Shown here: positions 8,185-17,181 of the stretch, in pieces
How positions within the stretch are numbered: the first letter of the stretch is position 1
How the letters are laid out: each line of letters begins with the position of its first letter
DNA from: a phage
DNA length: 64,000 nucleotides
Assembly (NCBI GenBank): GCA_008273105.1
Contig: GCA_008273105.1_4080.1
Direction: 5' to 3' (one strand)
Position numbers and translations under genes: made by a program
The notes under the pieces: model-generated
What the model saw: the letters and a program-made list of their open reading frames with translations, nothing else
Told to the model about the DNA's origin: nothing
The model's database searches: none

Positions 8185-10881
8185 TTACCAGTTTATGGTT
8201 CCTGTTTGTGATGGTAGACCGTAGCTAACTGGGAACGATGAACCTGCTGATTCAAGTGAAGCACCAAATATATCTAAACGGGAACGTTTTTGTATATTAA
8301 TTGTTTCGATTTGAATTGCATTAGTTTGAATTGTACCTATCCAAAAAATATTATATGCAGTTGTTCCTGTTTCAGAAATAACATCAGTAGTTATGTAATA
8401 GTTTGCCAATCCTTGTTCCAATTTAACATATACATAAAATGTTGTATTTGCTGGATTAGACTTAATAGTTCTCAAATCAATATTTGAAACTGGTAGTGAA
8501 AATGACTTACCTGAAAGAATAACTGGTGTTTCCTCTGTAAAATATACAATAAACCCTTGAGCAACGTCCTGGGATACTACGTTAATTGGGCTACCTTGTG
8601 CAGTCCAGTTATTATAGTCGGCAATCGTTGTTCCATATTTTTTGAATGTCATTTTATTTGAGTAATCCATTGGTTCAAAAATTCCAAAACCAATACCAGG
8701 TAATGCTGCTGGTTGACTTCCTTGTTCATAACTGGCATGAGATCCAGTAATTATAAAACTTGTAAATTGTGCAGTTGATTTAGTTACATATGCTCTAAAT
8801 TGATGAGTTGCAGTATTACCTATTGTTGGATGTGATAATGGGTCAGAACCACCAATGAAGTAGAATGAACCACCATCATATATTGTCAAACCAACAGAAG
8901 AAGATGCAATCGAACCATTCCCAGTTGGTGTAAAGTTATCACCATACGTATTCTCAAGTACTAAACGCTTAAATGTAATAGATGTAATATTACCAACTCT
9001 AGTATTGACATTAACTTCAGCAATTCTAATATAGTTTCTATAATCATTAGTAATTGTACTCAACATAACAAAAGCTGGAATGTCTGTTTGTTGTGGAACA
9101 AATAGTGTCATATCACGGTATGCTTGTGCTGATAAATTCCAATCACTTAGAACTTTGGCATATTCAGTATTTCTAAAATTGTCCAGTACTGATTGTGTAA
9201 CGCTTATAATTCCTGTGCCATTTAAGTTTTTATCATAGGATAATGATTGTGAATAACGTTGCCCAACCATAAAAATACCACCATTGGTTGTGACAGTTGA
9301 CCCAGAAATACTACTAATAAAAATTCTATTATTTGCATTATCATCAACATTAGCACGTTCAACTGTAGGTTCATAACCTTGTATTGTTCCTAAAGATAAT
9401 GATTTAAATGTAAAATTAGGAGTACTTTTATGAACTGCATATGATGGTCTAAATCCACCACTACCTGATGCACGTGAATATTGTTTAGTACTGTTATCTG
9501 GTAGTAATTCTACACCATTAATAAATGAACCAACCGCTGAACCAAAAGACGGGCGAACTATACCACCTTTGAAGTCAGTAGAAAGTACAGCACGGACATT
9601 CAGCATACTATAAACTATTTGAATAGGAAACTTAGCTTTTTGCATAAGTAATGGTTCTGCTAAGTTTGGACATGCAGTACAAAATGCTTCACCTGAATTT
9701 AAATAAAAATATGAACTATAAATGTTTCTTGCATTTGCATGGTTATACAATGGATCGTTATTTAAAACGTTACCAGTAGGAACTAATGCCGAACCAGTAT
9801 TAGTTATAACTAATGGTGCTTGATATGAACCAATATCGTTACCCGCATCTAATGTACATTGTTTAGTACTCATATTGAACACAAAACTGTAACTATGCTG
9901 TGGACGTGTATTATATGTTGCCATTGTAAACCAAGCATCCCCGTTCATTCTAAAGCGGAAATTCTGCGTTCCTGGCTGCTGTGCAACATATAAATCAATT
10001 GATGTCATGTAAATCCCAATACCACGTAGATTTTGTGGAACATACACATAAGGTTTATCAGCAATATTTGTTGATGTTACCTGATTAGTAATAACCATAT
10101 TATTTTGTGCAGAATATGTCGTGTTATAAAATGTTTTAGTAGTCCATCCAGTAATTCGAGTTGCAGTATAAGTACCATTGCTTATATTATAAACAACTTT
10201 AACAACAACTAATTGTAGTTGGTTATTTTCATTAAGTACGTTAAAAACATATATAGAACCATCTTCTGCCATCATAGCATATTCAATACCACCTTCAGGT
10301 GATATATCTGCTTGGTTAACGAAAAAACCAGTATGCAATTTATCATCTAATGTACCATTGGTAATTGATATGAACAAACCATTAGTACTGTTAGAAGTAT
10401 CAATATATCTACCGAGTAAAATATTTGGATCAGTATTATATAAACCAATCGCAACTCTATTTGAACCAAAAAACCCAGGCTTGTATTGACGACTAGTGTT
10501 AATTGTACGGCTCATGTCATCAACTGATAATGCGTTAGCCAAATATGAATAAAATAATCCCTCAACACTACCGTTTGTCCCACTACGTAAAAGTACTAGT
10601 GTACCATCGTTTTCTAATAAAATTTTATTTCTACGTTGTGACTGGTTTTCTGATGCACCATTGAAATCCCCAGAAACACCCGCAGGTAGATAGTTTTGTG
10701 AACCATAATGGGAGATTGGCATCATACTTACTATATCTAGTACTTCATCTCTGGAATAAGTATCTAATTCCAAGTTACCGTTGGAATCAAAAACTTGTTC
10801 ATTTATTCCTTGAATTGTTCTTTTACCATTAACTGTCACATTATGTGTGACATCTAAGCCACCATATATTTTCTTTGACAT
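8185..10881 (-). CDS. tail-fibre-like large structural protein (898 aa)
   Basis: N-terminal MPISHYGSQNYLPAGVSGDFNGAS and LLRSGTNGSVEGLFYSYL blocks; internal VSQDVAQGF...KSNPANTTFYVYV and C-terminal ...PSQTGTINW shared with the 4840..7569 protein; preceded by a TATAAATA motif. Confidence 0.6.
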   Translation of the reverse strand: MSKKIYGGLDVTHNVTVNGKRTIQGINEQVFDSNGNLELDTYSRDEVLDIVSMMPISHYGSQNYLPAGVSGDFNGASENQSQRRNKILLENDGTLVLLRSGTNGSVEGLFYSYLANALSVDDMSRTINTSRQYKPGFFGSNRVAIGLYNTDPNILLGRYIDTSNSTNGLFISITNGTLDDKLHTGFFVNQADISPEGGIEYAMMAEDGSIYVFNVLNENNQLQLVVVKVVYNISNGTYTATRITGWTTKTFYNTTYSAQNNMVITNQVTSTNIADKPYVYVPQNLRGIGIYMTSIDLYVAQQPGTQNFRFRMNGDAWFTMATYNTRPQHSYSFVFNMSTKQCTLDAGNDIGSYQAPLVITNTGSALVPTGNVLNNDPLYNHANARNIYSSYFYLNSGEAFCTACPNLAEPLLMQKAKFPIQIVYSMLNVRAVLSTDFKGGIVRPSFGSAVGSFINGVELLPDNSTKQYSRASGSGGFRPSYAVHKSTPNFTFKSLSLGTIQGYEPTVERANVDDNANNRIFISSISGSTVTTNGGIFMVGQRYSQSLSYDKNLNGTGIISVTQSVLDNFRNTEYAKVLSDWNLSAQAYRDMTLFVPQQTDIPAFVMLSTITNDYRNYIRIAEVNVNTRVGNITSITFKRLVLENTYGDNFTPTGNGSIASSSVGLTIYDGGSFYFIGGSDPLSHPTIGNTATHQFRAYVTKSTAQFTSFIITGSHASYEQGSQPAALPGIGFGIFEPMDYSNKMTFKKYGTTIADYNNWTAQGSPINVVSQDVAQGFIVYFTEETPVILSGKSFSLPVSNIDLRTIKSNPANTTFYVYVKLEQGLANYYITTDVISETGTTAYNIFWIGTIQTNAIQIETINIQKRSRLDIFGASLESAGSSFPVSYGLPSQTGTINW

Positions 10882-10915
10882 TATATATCCCTTATAAATT
10901 AGATATTAGTTAATG

Positions 10916-10923
10916 TATTTATA
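10916..10923 (-). promoter_or_regulatory. T4-type late promoter motif TATAAATA
   Basis: Exact TATAAATA on the minus strand about 35 nt upstream of the ATG of the 898-aa tail-fibre-like gene, just downstream of the nrdG terminator. Confidence 0.4.
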
Positions 10924-10930
10924 TACATAA

Positions 10931-10955
10931 TAAAAAAGCACCCAACGGGTGCTTA
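10931..10955 (-). terminator. rho-independent terminator after nrdG
   Basis: Minus-strand hairpin agcacccgttgggtgct followed by TTTTTT, immediately after the nrdG stop. Confidence 0.55.
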
Positions 10956-10957
10956 TG

Positions 10958-11428
10958 CTAAAAATCTTTATTTTTATATAGTATTCTTTGATTATTTGAA
11001 CCACGGAAAGGTAATTTTAAATTCTTTTCGGACTCAATAAACTTACCATCAACTAATACATCTAAGTACTGAAGTATATCTTTAGCATGATTTTTCATAA
11101 TCTCATCTAAAGTATACCCACTCCAGCACCAAATAGTTTTACTAGGATAAGTTTCTTTAACTACTTTGCATAGATTTAAAACTTCATCTATATTCTTTTT
11201 CATTAATGGATCGCCGCCTAGAAGTGACAAACCACTAACATATGGTTTTTTTAGTTCCTGTAGTATAATCTCAACTGTTTCAGTACTGAACAATTGACCA
11301 CTTCTGTAATCCCATGCTTCTTCATTGAAGCAACCATCACATCCGTGCGAACACCCACTAACAAATAAAGAGCAGCGAACGCCCTCTCCATTTACTAAAT
11401 CATCCTTGATTATCGTCTGGTAATTCAT
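10958..11428 (-). CDS. nrdG: anaerobic ribonucleotide reductase activating protein (radical SAM)
   Basis: N-terminal DLVNGEGVRCSLFVSGCSHGCDGCFN has the CxxxCxxC cluster and NrdG-typical context; 156 aa. Confidence 0.8.
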   Translation of the reverse strand: MNYQTIIKDDLVNGEGVRCSLFVSGCSHGCDGCFNEEAWDYRSGQLFSTETVEIILQELKKPYVSGLSLLGGDPLMKKNIDEVLNLCKVVKETYPSKTIWCWSGYTLDEIMKNHAKDILQYLDVLVDGKFIESEKNLKLPFRGSNNQRILYKNKDF

Positions 11429-11732
11429 CTAATATTGCACTCACTATTTCGACAAGAACATCGCCGTGACATGATTTTGGTTTACAGAAACAACCAAGGC
11501 GTTTCCCTGCGAGTTCAAGTAATTCATCAATCTTAACTTCTCCACAAGAAATACGTTCAATAATGTATTCTCTGAATTTTTCAATTGATTCTTCTCTTGT
11601 ACTAACAATGAACTCGGCTTTGGTTTGTTTATCTTTAATATGGGTAAATGGGTTTCCCCATTTAGACCCACGTCCAATATACACATCATACGGTTCTTTG
11701 TATTTGTTAACCACAATTGGCTTTAAATCCAT
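11400..11732 (-). CDS. conserved phage protein with R-G-S-x-W-G-N-P-F motif (DUF4326-like)
   Basis: YIGRGSKWGNPF motif near N-terminus; sits between nrdD and nrdG and overlaps the nrdG start by about 29 nt; family name is from memory, not searched. Confidence 0.45.
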   Translation of the reverse strand: MDLKPIVVNKYKEPYDVYIGRGSKWGNPFTHIKDKQTKAEFIVSTREESIEKFREYIIERISCGEVKIDELLELAGKRLGCFCKPKSCHGDVLVEIVSAILDELPDDNQG

Positions 11733-11740
11733 AATTTACC

Positions 11741-13546
11741 TTATTTGTGCTGAATACGCTCGCAACACTCTTGTTGCTTGCCTTTATTGAAGCCACGCGA
11801 AGAAGGATTACCCAAGTACCCAGAAACACGACGAATCACTGAGATTGTCTTCTCATTACGATTATCACATACAGGACAGTGGAAACCATGTTTATCGACA
11901 CTGAACTCACCCTGGAAGCCACATTCATAACAATGGTCAACTGGTTGGTTAATACCAAAATATGGTATCTTAGTGTACGCATAGTTAACTAATGTTTCAA
12001 GTGCTTGAATGTTGTTTGCTAAGTTTGGAGATTCAACATAACTGATGTTTCCACCGTTACTTAGGTAAGCAAACCCTTCTTCATAACTCCATTTATCAAA
12101 TGGAGAACTTTCTACCCATACTGGTTGATGGAAGGAATTTGTGATGTAATCACGTTTTAGTACTGAAGGATATTTTGCTTCAATGCAACGTGCAAATTTA
12201 TAACAAAGTGACTCTGCTGGCGTTCCATATAGACTAAAAGCTATATTACTCTCTTTTTTGAACTCATCGCATTTTACTTTCATATAATTCAGTACTGACA
12301 TACAAAACTCCTTACTGATAGAACCAGTGAGGATTTCTGAACATTCAACAAGTCCAACATAACCAATACTAATACTAGCATAACCATTGTAAAATAGCTT
12401 GTCAATGGTTTCTTCTGCACCTAAACGTGCTAATGCACCTTCCATGAACAAAATTGGATTTTGCTTTGCTTTAGTGCCTTTTAAACGCTCTACGCGGTTC
12501 ATCTGAGCACGATATGCAATATTCATATGCTCGTCTATCTTATCAAAAAACTCTCCGTCAGAAGTACTCTCAAGAGCAATTAGAGGTAAATTGATAGAAA
12601 CCACACCTAAATTGAAACGACCGTTGTATTGTTCATTTCCATTTGAATCTTCCCATTTTCCTAAGAATGAACGACAGCCCATCGGTGTTACAGCAGTACT
12701 ACTACTTCCAGTCACTTTGTGATTTAATGGTACTGAAACAAAGTCAGGGTAGATTCGTTTTGATGCACAACGCATAGCTAACTGTTTAAGGTCATAATTA
12801 CTATCGTTGGTATTCATGTTTATACCATCTTGTAAAAAGAAAATTACTTTAGGAAACACTGGAGTAATCTTATCTTTACCTAAACCATTCTCATGGACTT
12901 TTAAGTACTGTTCAGTGATTAATTTGCCAAATTTAGAAGTGTTAAGACCTAAACTAAGAGAAATAAATGCAGCTTGACCATTAGTACTAATCATTGAATT
13001 AGTTTGGTAAAGTAATGTTTGGCAGCCATCATACACTTCTTTACGTAGTTCTTCTTCAATGAATTCATCACTTAGATTATATTTCTTTTGTTTTTCTAAC
13101 AGCTTATCCCATGACTTTTGAACGTAAGGTTCTAATCCGACATCAATGTGAGCCAAAGATTGACCACCATACTGGGAACTGGCAACAGCTTGGACAATTT
13201 GTGTCAGTACTGTGCAAGCTACACTGAAACTTTTTGGTTCTTCAATTTTAGCACAACCAATAGTGAAGCCGTTTTTAAGCATATCAGGATAGTTAACCAA
13301 GCAACAATTGGTCAATGGGCTAATATAGTAATCTAAATCATGAATATGACCATATCCATCATTATGCCATTGCATTAACTCGGTGGGAATAACATCTTGT
13401 GAATAATGCTTAGATAGAATACCTGCTAGTAAATCTCTATGTGTATTGACGCATTTTGCATCTTTATTAGCGTTTTCATTAGTAAGATCAGTATTACTCT
13501 GATTTAGGAAATTTGTTACATCGGTATATAATTTATCTAATTGCAT
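11741..13546 (-). CDS. nrdD: anaerobic ribonucleoside-triphosphate reductase (glycyl-radical enzyme)
   Basis: C-terminal Zn-ribbon CYECG...CPVCDN and glycyl-radical motif RRVSGYLG; NENANKD and NCCLVNYPDMLKNGF blocks as in T4 NrdD; track ORF runs to 13609 but internal ATG at 13546 has an AGGA RBS and gives a T4-like N-terminal length. Confidence 0.9.
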   Translation of the reverse strand: MQLDKLYTDVTNFLNQSNTDLTNENANKDAKCVNTHRDLLAGILSKHYSQDVIPTELMQWHNDGYGHIHDLDYYISPLTNCCLVNYPDMLKNGFTIGCAKIEEPKSFSVACTVLTQIVQAVASSQYGGQSLAHIDVGLEPYVQKSWDKLLEKQKKYNLSDEFIEEELRKEVYDGCQTLLYQTNSMISTNGQAAFISLSLGLNTSKFGKLITEQYLKVHENGLGKDKITPVFPKVIFFLQDGINMNTNDSNYDLKQLAMRCASKRIYPDFVSVPLNHKVTGSSSTAVTPMGCRSFLGKWEDSNGNEQYNGRFNLGVVSINLPLIALESTSDGEFFDKIDEHMNIAYRAQMNRVERLKGTKAKQNPILFMEGALARLGAEETIDKLFYNGYASISIGYVGLVECSEILTGSISKEFCMSVLNYMKVKCDEFKKESNIAFSLYGTPAESLCYKFARCIEAKYPSVLKRDYITNSFHQPVWVESSPFDKWSYEEGFAYLSNGGNISYVESPNLANNIQALETLVNYAYTKIPYFGINQPVDHCYECGFQGEFSVDKHGFHCPVCDNRNEKTISVIRRVSGYLGNPSSRGFNKGKQQECCERIQHK

Positions 13547-13683
13547 TGTACATTCCTTGTATTTTGAAATCATCTGGGGGTGAAGATATTTAATATCACC
13601 AGACAACATTATAGCGTCAGAACAGGTTATTTCTCTTGACCTATATCAAGGAAAAGTCACATTGCTTTTTATTTGCACAAATA

Positions 13684-13710
13684 GAAAAAGCACCACAAGG
13701 GTGCTTTTAA
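13684..13710 (-). terminator. hairpin terminator (possibly bidirectional)
   Basis: agcaccacaagggtgct hairpin flanked by A-run and T-run upstream of nrdD. Confidence 0.4.
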
Positions 13711-13809
13711 AGTACTGCTAATATAACAACTGCCCAAATTAGCAGTAATACATTGGTTGGTGCGGAAAAAAGCATATATGCAGCAAGTGCACTGCAACCT
13801 ATGACAAGT

Positions 13810-14046
13810 TTAGCTAGTCTCATCTGGACTCCATGTAATAGTTACTGTGAACGTCCCTTCTTGAAAACCAAACTCATCTTGTGGGATTTGTTCAGCTAAT
13901 GGGTTAAATCTTGAATCGAAGGCTTCATGCACATCTCTCTGAATATCATAGAGACTTTCACCATCGTATTCTTTTTTAAAGATTTCATTCTGCATTGATA
14001 CGTAACGACCCTCGTATTCTGTCTGGATAGCCATCAAATAGTTCAA
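13810..14046 (-). CDS. hypothetical protein (78 aa or shorter)
   Basis: Track ORF; N-terminus overlaps upstream ORF so an internal start is likely. Confidence 0.4.
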   Translation of the reverse strand: MNYLMAIQTEYEGRYVSMQNEIFKKEYDGESLYDIQRDVHEAFDSRFNPLAEQIPQDEFGFQEGTFTVTITWSPDETS

Positions 14047-14395
14047 TAAGTTGGTTTAACGCATAAGAACTGAAGAATGGATTATTCTTTGCAATTTCTA
14101 TTCGTTTTTCAATATCCATTAATATAATCTCTGGTCTACTGAAATTACCTTTACGTCTATATGTTAGTAAACGCTCTTTGTGTCCGTTGAACTGAAATTC
14201 AAAATATGTTGATGATGTATAATCACTTCCATCAGGAATCGGAATTGAGAAATCAACATTGTACTTATAACCAAATGCAAAAAAATAACCACCATCTTCG
14301 AACGGTATAGTTGTATCATTTAGGTGGAAATCTATTTCATCTCCTAATATATCAAATATCTTGGTACTTAGAGACATAAAATCATCGGCTAACAT
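13985..14395 (-). CDS. hypothetical protein (136 aa)
   Basis: Track ORF in dense same-strand array. Confidence 0.5.
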   Translation of the reverse strand: MLADDFMSLSTKIFDILGDEIDFHLNDTTIPFEDGGYFFAFGYKYNVDFSIPIPDGSDYTSSTYFEFQFNGHKERLLTYRRKGNFSRPEIILMDIEKRIEIAKNNPFFSSYALNQLIELFDGYPDRIRGSLRINAE

Positions 14396-14403
14396 TTTTT
14401 ACC

Positions 14404-14622
14404 TTATTTTATAACTCGACAGTAGTACTGAATAATGTAAGGAAATAATGGATTATTCACGTATGTAGCGAAATTAGCTATTGTAACTTTTTTATAGTAC
14501 GAATTATGAATTGTTATAAGAGTGTGGGGATCTATTGATTCTCTATTAGAGAGTTCAACATAACGCCCACACTTCATATAAGCCTTACCATAATAATCGT
14601 AAATTATGTCATATTTTTCCAT
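14404..14622 (-). CDS. hypothetical protein (72 aa)
   Basis: Track ORF, tightly packed between neighbours. Confidence 0.4.
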   Translation of the reverse strand: MEKYDIIYDYYGKAYMKCGRYVELSNRESIDPHTLITIHNSYYKKVTIANFATYVNNPLFPYIIQYYCRVIK

Positions 14623-14982
14623 TTATTCTGGATCTTTGTTTTTATCAACTGTGTTGTTTTTATTCAAATCAATTTGTAAAGCCATTGCAGCTTCAGCATT
14701 TTCTTCATGTGTGCCATTGAATTTATACCCATTCTTAATGAGATTCACTGTGTAGTACTTATTGTAAAGAAATGCCCACACGACCATTGCAATTGTACCC
14801 ACAATCCAAAATGACACTGCGTTGAGGATGAAGTAAATTACAAATGCACCGATGAACGTAATAAAGTCACCACGAAACAATGCAGGGAACGGTCCAAAGA
14901 ATAATGTTGTCCATGAGAATCCAAAGAAACCATCTTTGCGTTGTCCTACATTTTCATTTTTTAAAGAAATAGTTTTAGCCAT
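14623..14982 (-). CDS. predicted membrane protein (119 aa)
   Basis: Two hydrophobic segments (FFGPFPALFRGDFITFIGAFVIYFILNAV and IVGTIAMVVWAFLY). Confidence 0.5.
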   Translation of the reverse strand: MAKTISLKNENVGQRKDGFFGFSWTTLFFGPFPALFRGDFITFIGAFVIYFILNAVSFWIVGTIAMVVWAFLYNKYYTVNLIKNGYKFNGTHEENAEAAMALQIDLNKNNTVDKNKDPE

Positions 14983-14991
14983 TTTAATCTC

Positions 14992-15216
14992 CTACTTATT
15001 ATTTGGGTTTGGTATACAGTACACATATACTAGATTACTAAAGTGTTCAGTACTGGAATATTTTGCTAACTCAGTAATGTGAAAGTTCTTGTCATAAAAC
15101 CTTCCACTATTGAATGTTGTTATTTGGCAACAATGTATAGGTCTGAAAATATAATAATAAAATATATCATTTTCAACTACAACAGTATGGTTTGTATAAC
15201 GCTCGATTTTCTTCAT
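14992..15216 (-). CDS. hypothetical protein (74 aa)
   Basis: Track ORF; start adjacent to stop of the deaminase-like gene. Confidence 0.4.
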   Translation of the reverse strand: MKKIERYTNHTVVVENDIFYYYIFRPIHCCQITTFNSGRFYDKNFHITELAKYSSTEHFSNLVYVYCIPNPNNK

Positions 15217-15581
15217 GTGTGGATAATTTCCTTAACCCCGTATTCCATAATTGCTAATGTGCAAATTTCACATGGTTTAGCAGGTACAGGAATACCATCT
15301 TTACTTATCCGTGCAATCAGTAAAGTATGAACATCAGCACGTGCAGCTAATAAGCAAGAAATTTCAGCATGGAGAAATTCACCTTGTGGACGTCCAGCAC
15401 GAATTGCAAAACCTTTCTGTACTGGATGTGTCTGTGTATAAGAATTTGTGCGTGTTGCCAGTACTCGACCTTTTTTATCCAGTGCACGAGCAATCACACG
15501 ATACCGCTTGTAGTTCCCTACTTGCTCAATGGGTGGCATCCGGCGTAATTCTTCAACAAGTTTCTCCAATTTACTATTCAT
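15213..15581 (-). CDS. small cytidine/adenosine-deaminase-fold protein (TadA/dCMP-deaminase-like zinc site)
   Basis: HAEISCLL followed by PCEICTLAI matches the H-A-E ... P-C-x-x-C zinc-binding signature of the CDA superfamily; 122 aa. Confidence 0.55.
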   Translation of the reverse strand: MNSKLEKLVEELRRMPPIEQVGNYKRYRVIARALDKKGRVLATRTNSYTQTHPVQKGFAIRAGRPQGEFLHAEISCLLAARADVHTLLIARISKDGIPVPAKPCEICTLAIMEYGVKEIIHT

Positions 15582-16204
15582 AAGTCTAAGTCTATACCCT
15601 TTTCAAGTGATTTTTCTAGAACCCAAAGTTTACATTCTTCACTCTCCAAATGTATCTTTGCCTCTTGCTGTTCTTCTATTGTACAAGACTTTATGAATGC
15701 ACGCAAGGCTTGGATTGTATTTTTTAAATTTTTTATGTCATCGATGATTTTTTCTTTGGTTTCTTCATCGATTACACATGAACTCCAACTGTGTCGTTCC
15801 TCCCAAACTGTTTTAGCGGGATTATATATTGATTGTGATGCATTGAATGAATGTATTTTATGAAATTTATCATCTGCTTCCTGTTGGGTATAATCCCCAT
15901 ATGTGTTCAGAACATTTTTGTATAATTCATCAATGGCCTCTTCATACGTATCACCACCACAATCCAATTGATAATCATGTGCTTGTACCCATTCGTCGTC
16001 TTGCTCAATATACATTGGTGAAAGAAATTCTACCCAAAATTGAGTCTTTGTATTCAATGCTTTGAAATCTTCAATTCGATTTGTCATTGGACACACATCA
16101 TGAGGTTCTATATCAATCCTAGCTGGAACCATATCTTTGTTTATGAATTTAGGATGACCCAAAATCCACCAGTACTTTTCCGATGTAGTCATAGTAATCT
16201 CCAA
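15578..16204 (-). CDS. hypothetical protein (208 aa)
   Basis: Track ORF; no recognisable motif. Confidence 0.5.
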   Translation of the reverse strand: MEITMTTSEKYWWILGHPKFINKDMVPARIDIEPHDVCPMTNRIEDFKALNTKTQFWVEFLSPMYIEQDDEWVQAHDYQLDCGGDTYEEAIDELYKNVLNTYGDYTQQEADDKFHKIHSFNASQSIYNPAKTVWEERHSWSSCVIDEETKEKIIDDIKNLKNTIQALRAFIKSCTIEEQQEAKIHLESEECKLWVLEKSLEKGIDLDL

Positions 16205-16238
16205 TTAAAAAGTACTGCACACGATGGCAGTACTGATG

Positions 16239-16598
16239 TTAAACGTAACGTTTCTTTTTATAATCATACCCTACTGCTTTGTAAAAGTCAAACAAAGAAG
16301 CATGTTCAAATGTAGGTAATAGATCATATGGGTGCTGATAGTTCGCAATACCAACAATAGCCATCATTGATTCAGCAGTTCTTACGTTCTCACTATCCCA
16401 TTCATCTAAACGCCAAAGTGAGCAAAGTACCTCTCGTTCATGTTGCTTACCCAGAAAGAATCCAGCTTCACGGTCACGAAATGCACCTACACTGACAGTA
16501 CTTTTGTACCAGTCTTTTTCACCATATAATGGCATACGGATAATATGTTTTTCTTTAGCTTCTCCAAAGCGATGAAGAAATGCTACATAATCACTCAT
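16239..16598 (-). CDS. hypothetical protein (119 aa)
   Basis: Track ORF; ATG overlaps the stop of a small upstream Zn-ribbon ORF (ATGA). Confidence 0.5.
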   Translation of the reverse strand: MSDYVAFLHRFGEAKEKHIIRMPLYGEKDWYKSTVSVGAFRDREAGFFLGKQHEREVLCSLWRLDEWDSENVRTAESMMAIVGIANYQHPYDLLPTFEHASLFDFYKAVGYDYKKKRYV

Positions 16599-16600
16599 AA

Positions 16601-16771
16601 TTTATAACCCATTACAGGTTTGGTATGATCCGGTTCGTAAGACTTTTCAGTACTGAACCCTCTGAAATTTCCACGTCCTGGATTTGGACAAGCCATCCCT
16701 TGTATTGAATGCTTACCCTTATCTTTGCCACAATTTTTACATTTGTAGCCAATTACTTCTTTCATTGTGCA
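16601..16771 (-). CDS. small Cys-rich (zinc-ribbon-like) protein, about 56 aa
   Basis: Hand-translated minus-strand ORF MKEVIGYKCKNCGKDKGKHSIQGMACPNPGRGNF...; below track size cutoff; coordinates approximate. Confidence 0.3.
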
Positions 16772-16992
16772 TCCTTCGGAACAGTATTAAGACGTTTGCG
16801 ATTCACAATCTTCCTGCACATGAGGTTAAGATCTTGCCCATGACGCATAGTATGACATGCGTATAGTGTTCCTTGATGATTTAGTTTTGTTAAACCTTGA
16901 CGGATGATTTCAGCATCCATCTCATCAACTTTAGGAGCACATCCACTCAGAAATACAATAGAAGAAATAATAAAAATATATAATAATTTCAT
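16762..16992 (-). CDS. predicted lipoprotein (76 aa)
   Basis: N-terminal MKLLYIFIISSIVFLSGCAP: signal peptide with lipobox-like LSGC. Confidence 0.5.
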   Translation of the reverse strand: MKLLYIFIISSIVFLSGCAPKVDEMDAEIIRQGLTKLNHQGTLYACHTMRHGQDLNLMCRKIVNRKRLNTVPKDAQ

Positions 16993-16995
16993 AAT

Positions 16996-17175
16996 TTAAT
17001 CACCTATACATAAGTACTCGATTGATGGTTTACCATTAACTAACACAATTCCAGTGTGAGTTAATACACAGTTGTCGGGAGCTTCTTCAAATACTGATAC
17101 GTAAATGTATGAACCATTACTAACTGAACAAGATAATACCATAAGAACTGCGATTAGTACAAGTAAAAATTTCAT
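16996..17175 (-). CDS. small secreted or membrane-anchored protein, about 59 aa
   Basis: Hand-translated ORF MKFLLVLIAVLMVLSCSVSNGSY... with hydrophobic signal-like N-terminus; below track cutoff. Confidence 0.35.
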   Translation of the reverse strand: MKFLLVLIAVLMVLSCSVSNGSYIYVSVFEEAPDNCVLTHTGIVLVNGKPSIEYLCIGD

Positions 17176-17181
17176 ATGAAC

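Noticed and set aside
11444-11716. 90-aa minus-strand ORF overlapping the RGSxWGNPF gene
   Set aside because: Alternative frame of the same region; the 11400..11732 frame carries the conserved motif, this one does not.
11741-13609. Group I intron in nrdD, as in phage T4
   Set aside because: The nrdD reading frame is continuous through the glycyl-radical motif with no in-frame stops or insert-sized anomaly.
13547-13615. TATAAT -10 element at the 5' end of the nrdD track ORF as a promoter
   Set aside because: No acceptable -35 or MotA-box-like element at a proper distance could be found; left unannotated.
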